64,000 nucleotides of DNA, from the NCBI RefSeq assembly GCF_006345805.1, contig NW_021831834.1, forward strand, positions 1 through 64,000, given 5' to 3'. Below the pieces are notes generated by a model. The model searched no databases. It saw nothing but the letters and a program-made list of their open reading frames with translations, and had not been told where the DNA came from. Below are positions 63,781-64,000 of the stretch, piece after piece (within the stretch, counting starts at the first letter, position 1; the number at the start of each line of letters is the position of its first letter). The DNA is from Octopus sinensis (taxonomy: Eukaryota). The position numbers were made by a program, and so were the translations under genes.

Positions 63781-64000
63781 TATGGTCATGTACTACGGAT
63801 GGAGGAGGAGGTGTGTGTGAAGAAGTGCCACTCCCAAACAGTTGAAGGAATCCGGGGTAGAGGTAGACCTAGGAAGACATGGGATGAGCAAGACCTTCAA
63901 ACATTGGGCCTCACAGAAGCAATGATAAAAGACCAAGACTTCTGGAGATATGCTGTGACTGTGAAGACCCGACAAATAAAGTGAGTTCATAGTTGTATCC

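Overview
AT-rich, microsatellite-dense animal DNA. The SINE and LINE families look like those of an octopus (inferred from recalled repeat families, no search run). Content: (1) a young, structurally complete 4.54-kb Ty3/Gypsy (Mag-like) LTR retrotransposon on the minus strand (109-4650), with 238-bp LTRs, 5-bp TSD, PBS and PPT, but three frameshifts in pol; (2) a two-exon Golgi carbohydrate sulfotransferase (Sulfotransfer_2 family) gene on the plus strand (~5846-7993), with one frameshift in an A8 run and an unclear start; (3) about 55 kb of intergenic or intronic repeats: tRNA-derived SINEs, 5'-truncated RTE LINEs, decayed Chapaev, mariner, Tc1 and maT transposons, and hAT MITEs. The ORF track does not explain a recurring set of fold-back (long inverted-repeat) elements sitting in (TA)n microsatellites. 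Several of them carry minimal type-I hammerhead ribozyme folds: an intact one at 27585-27636; a U3-A8 core variant in two opposite-strand copies at 58250-58289 and 58931-58970, next to a Penelope-type GIY-YIG C-terminus; an A14G copy at 28310-28392; and a decayed one in a tRNA-headed SINE at 9262-9302. I read these as a Penelope-like/retrozyme-like, TA-targeting retroelement system. An internal duplication supplies an empty-versus-filled site pair. All folds and alignments were done by eye.
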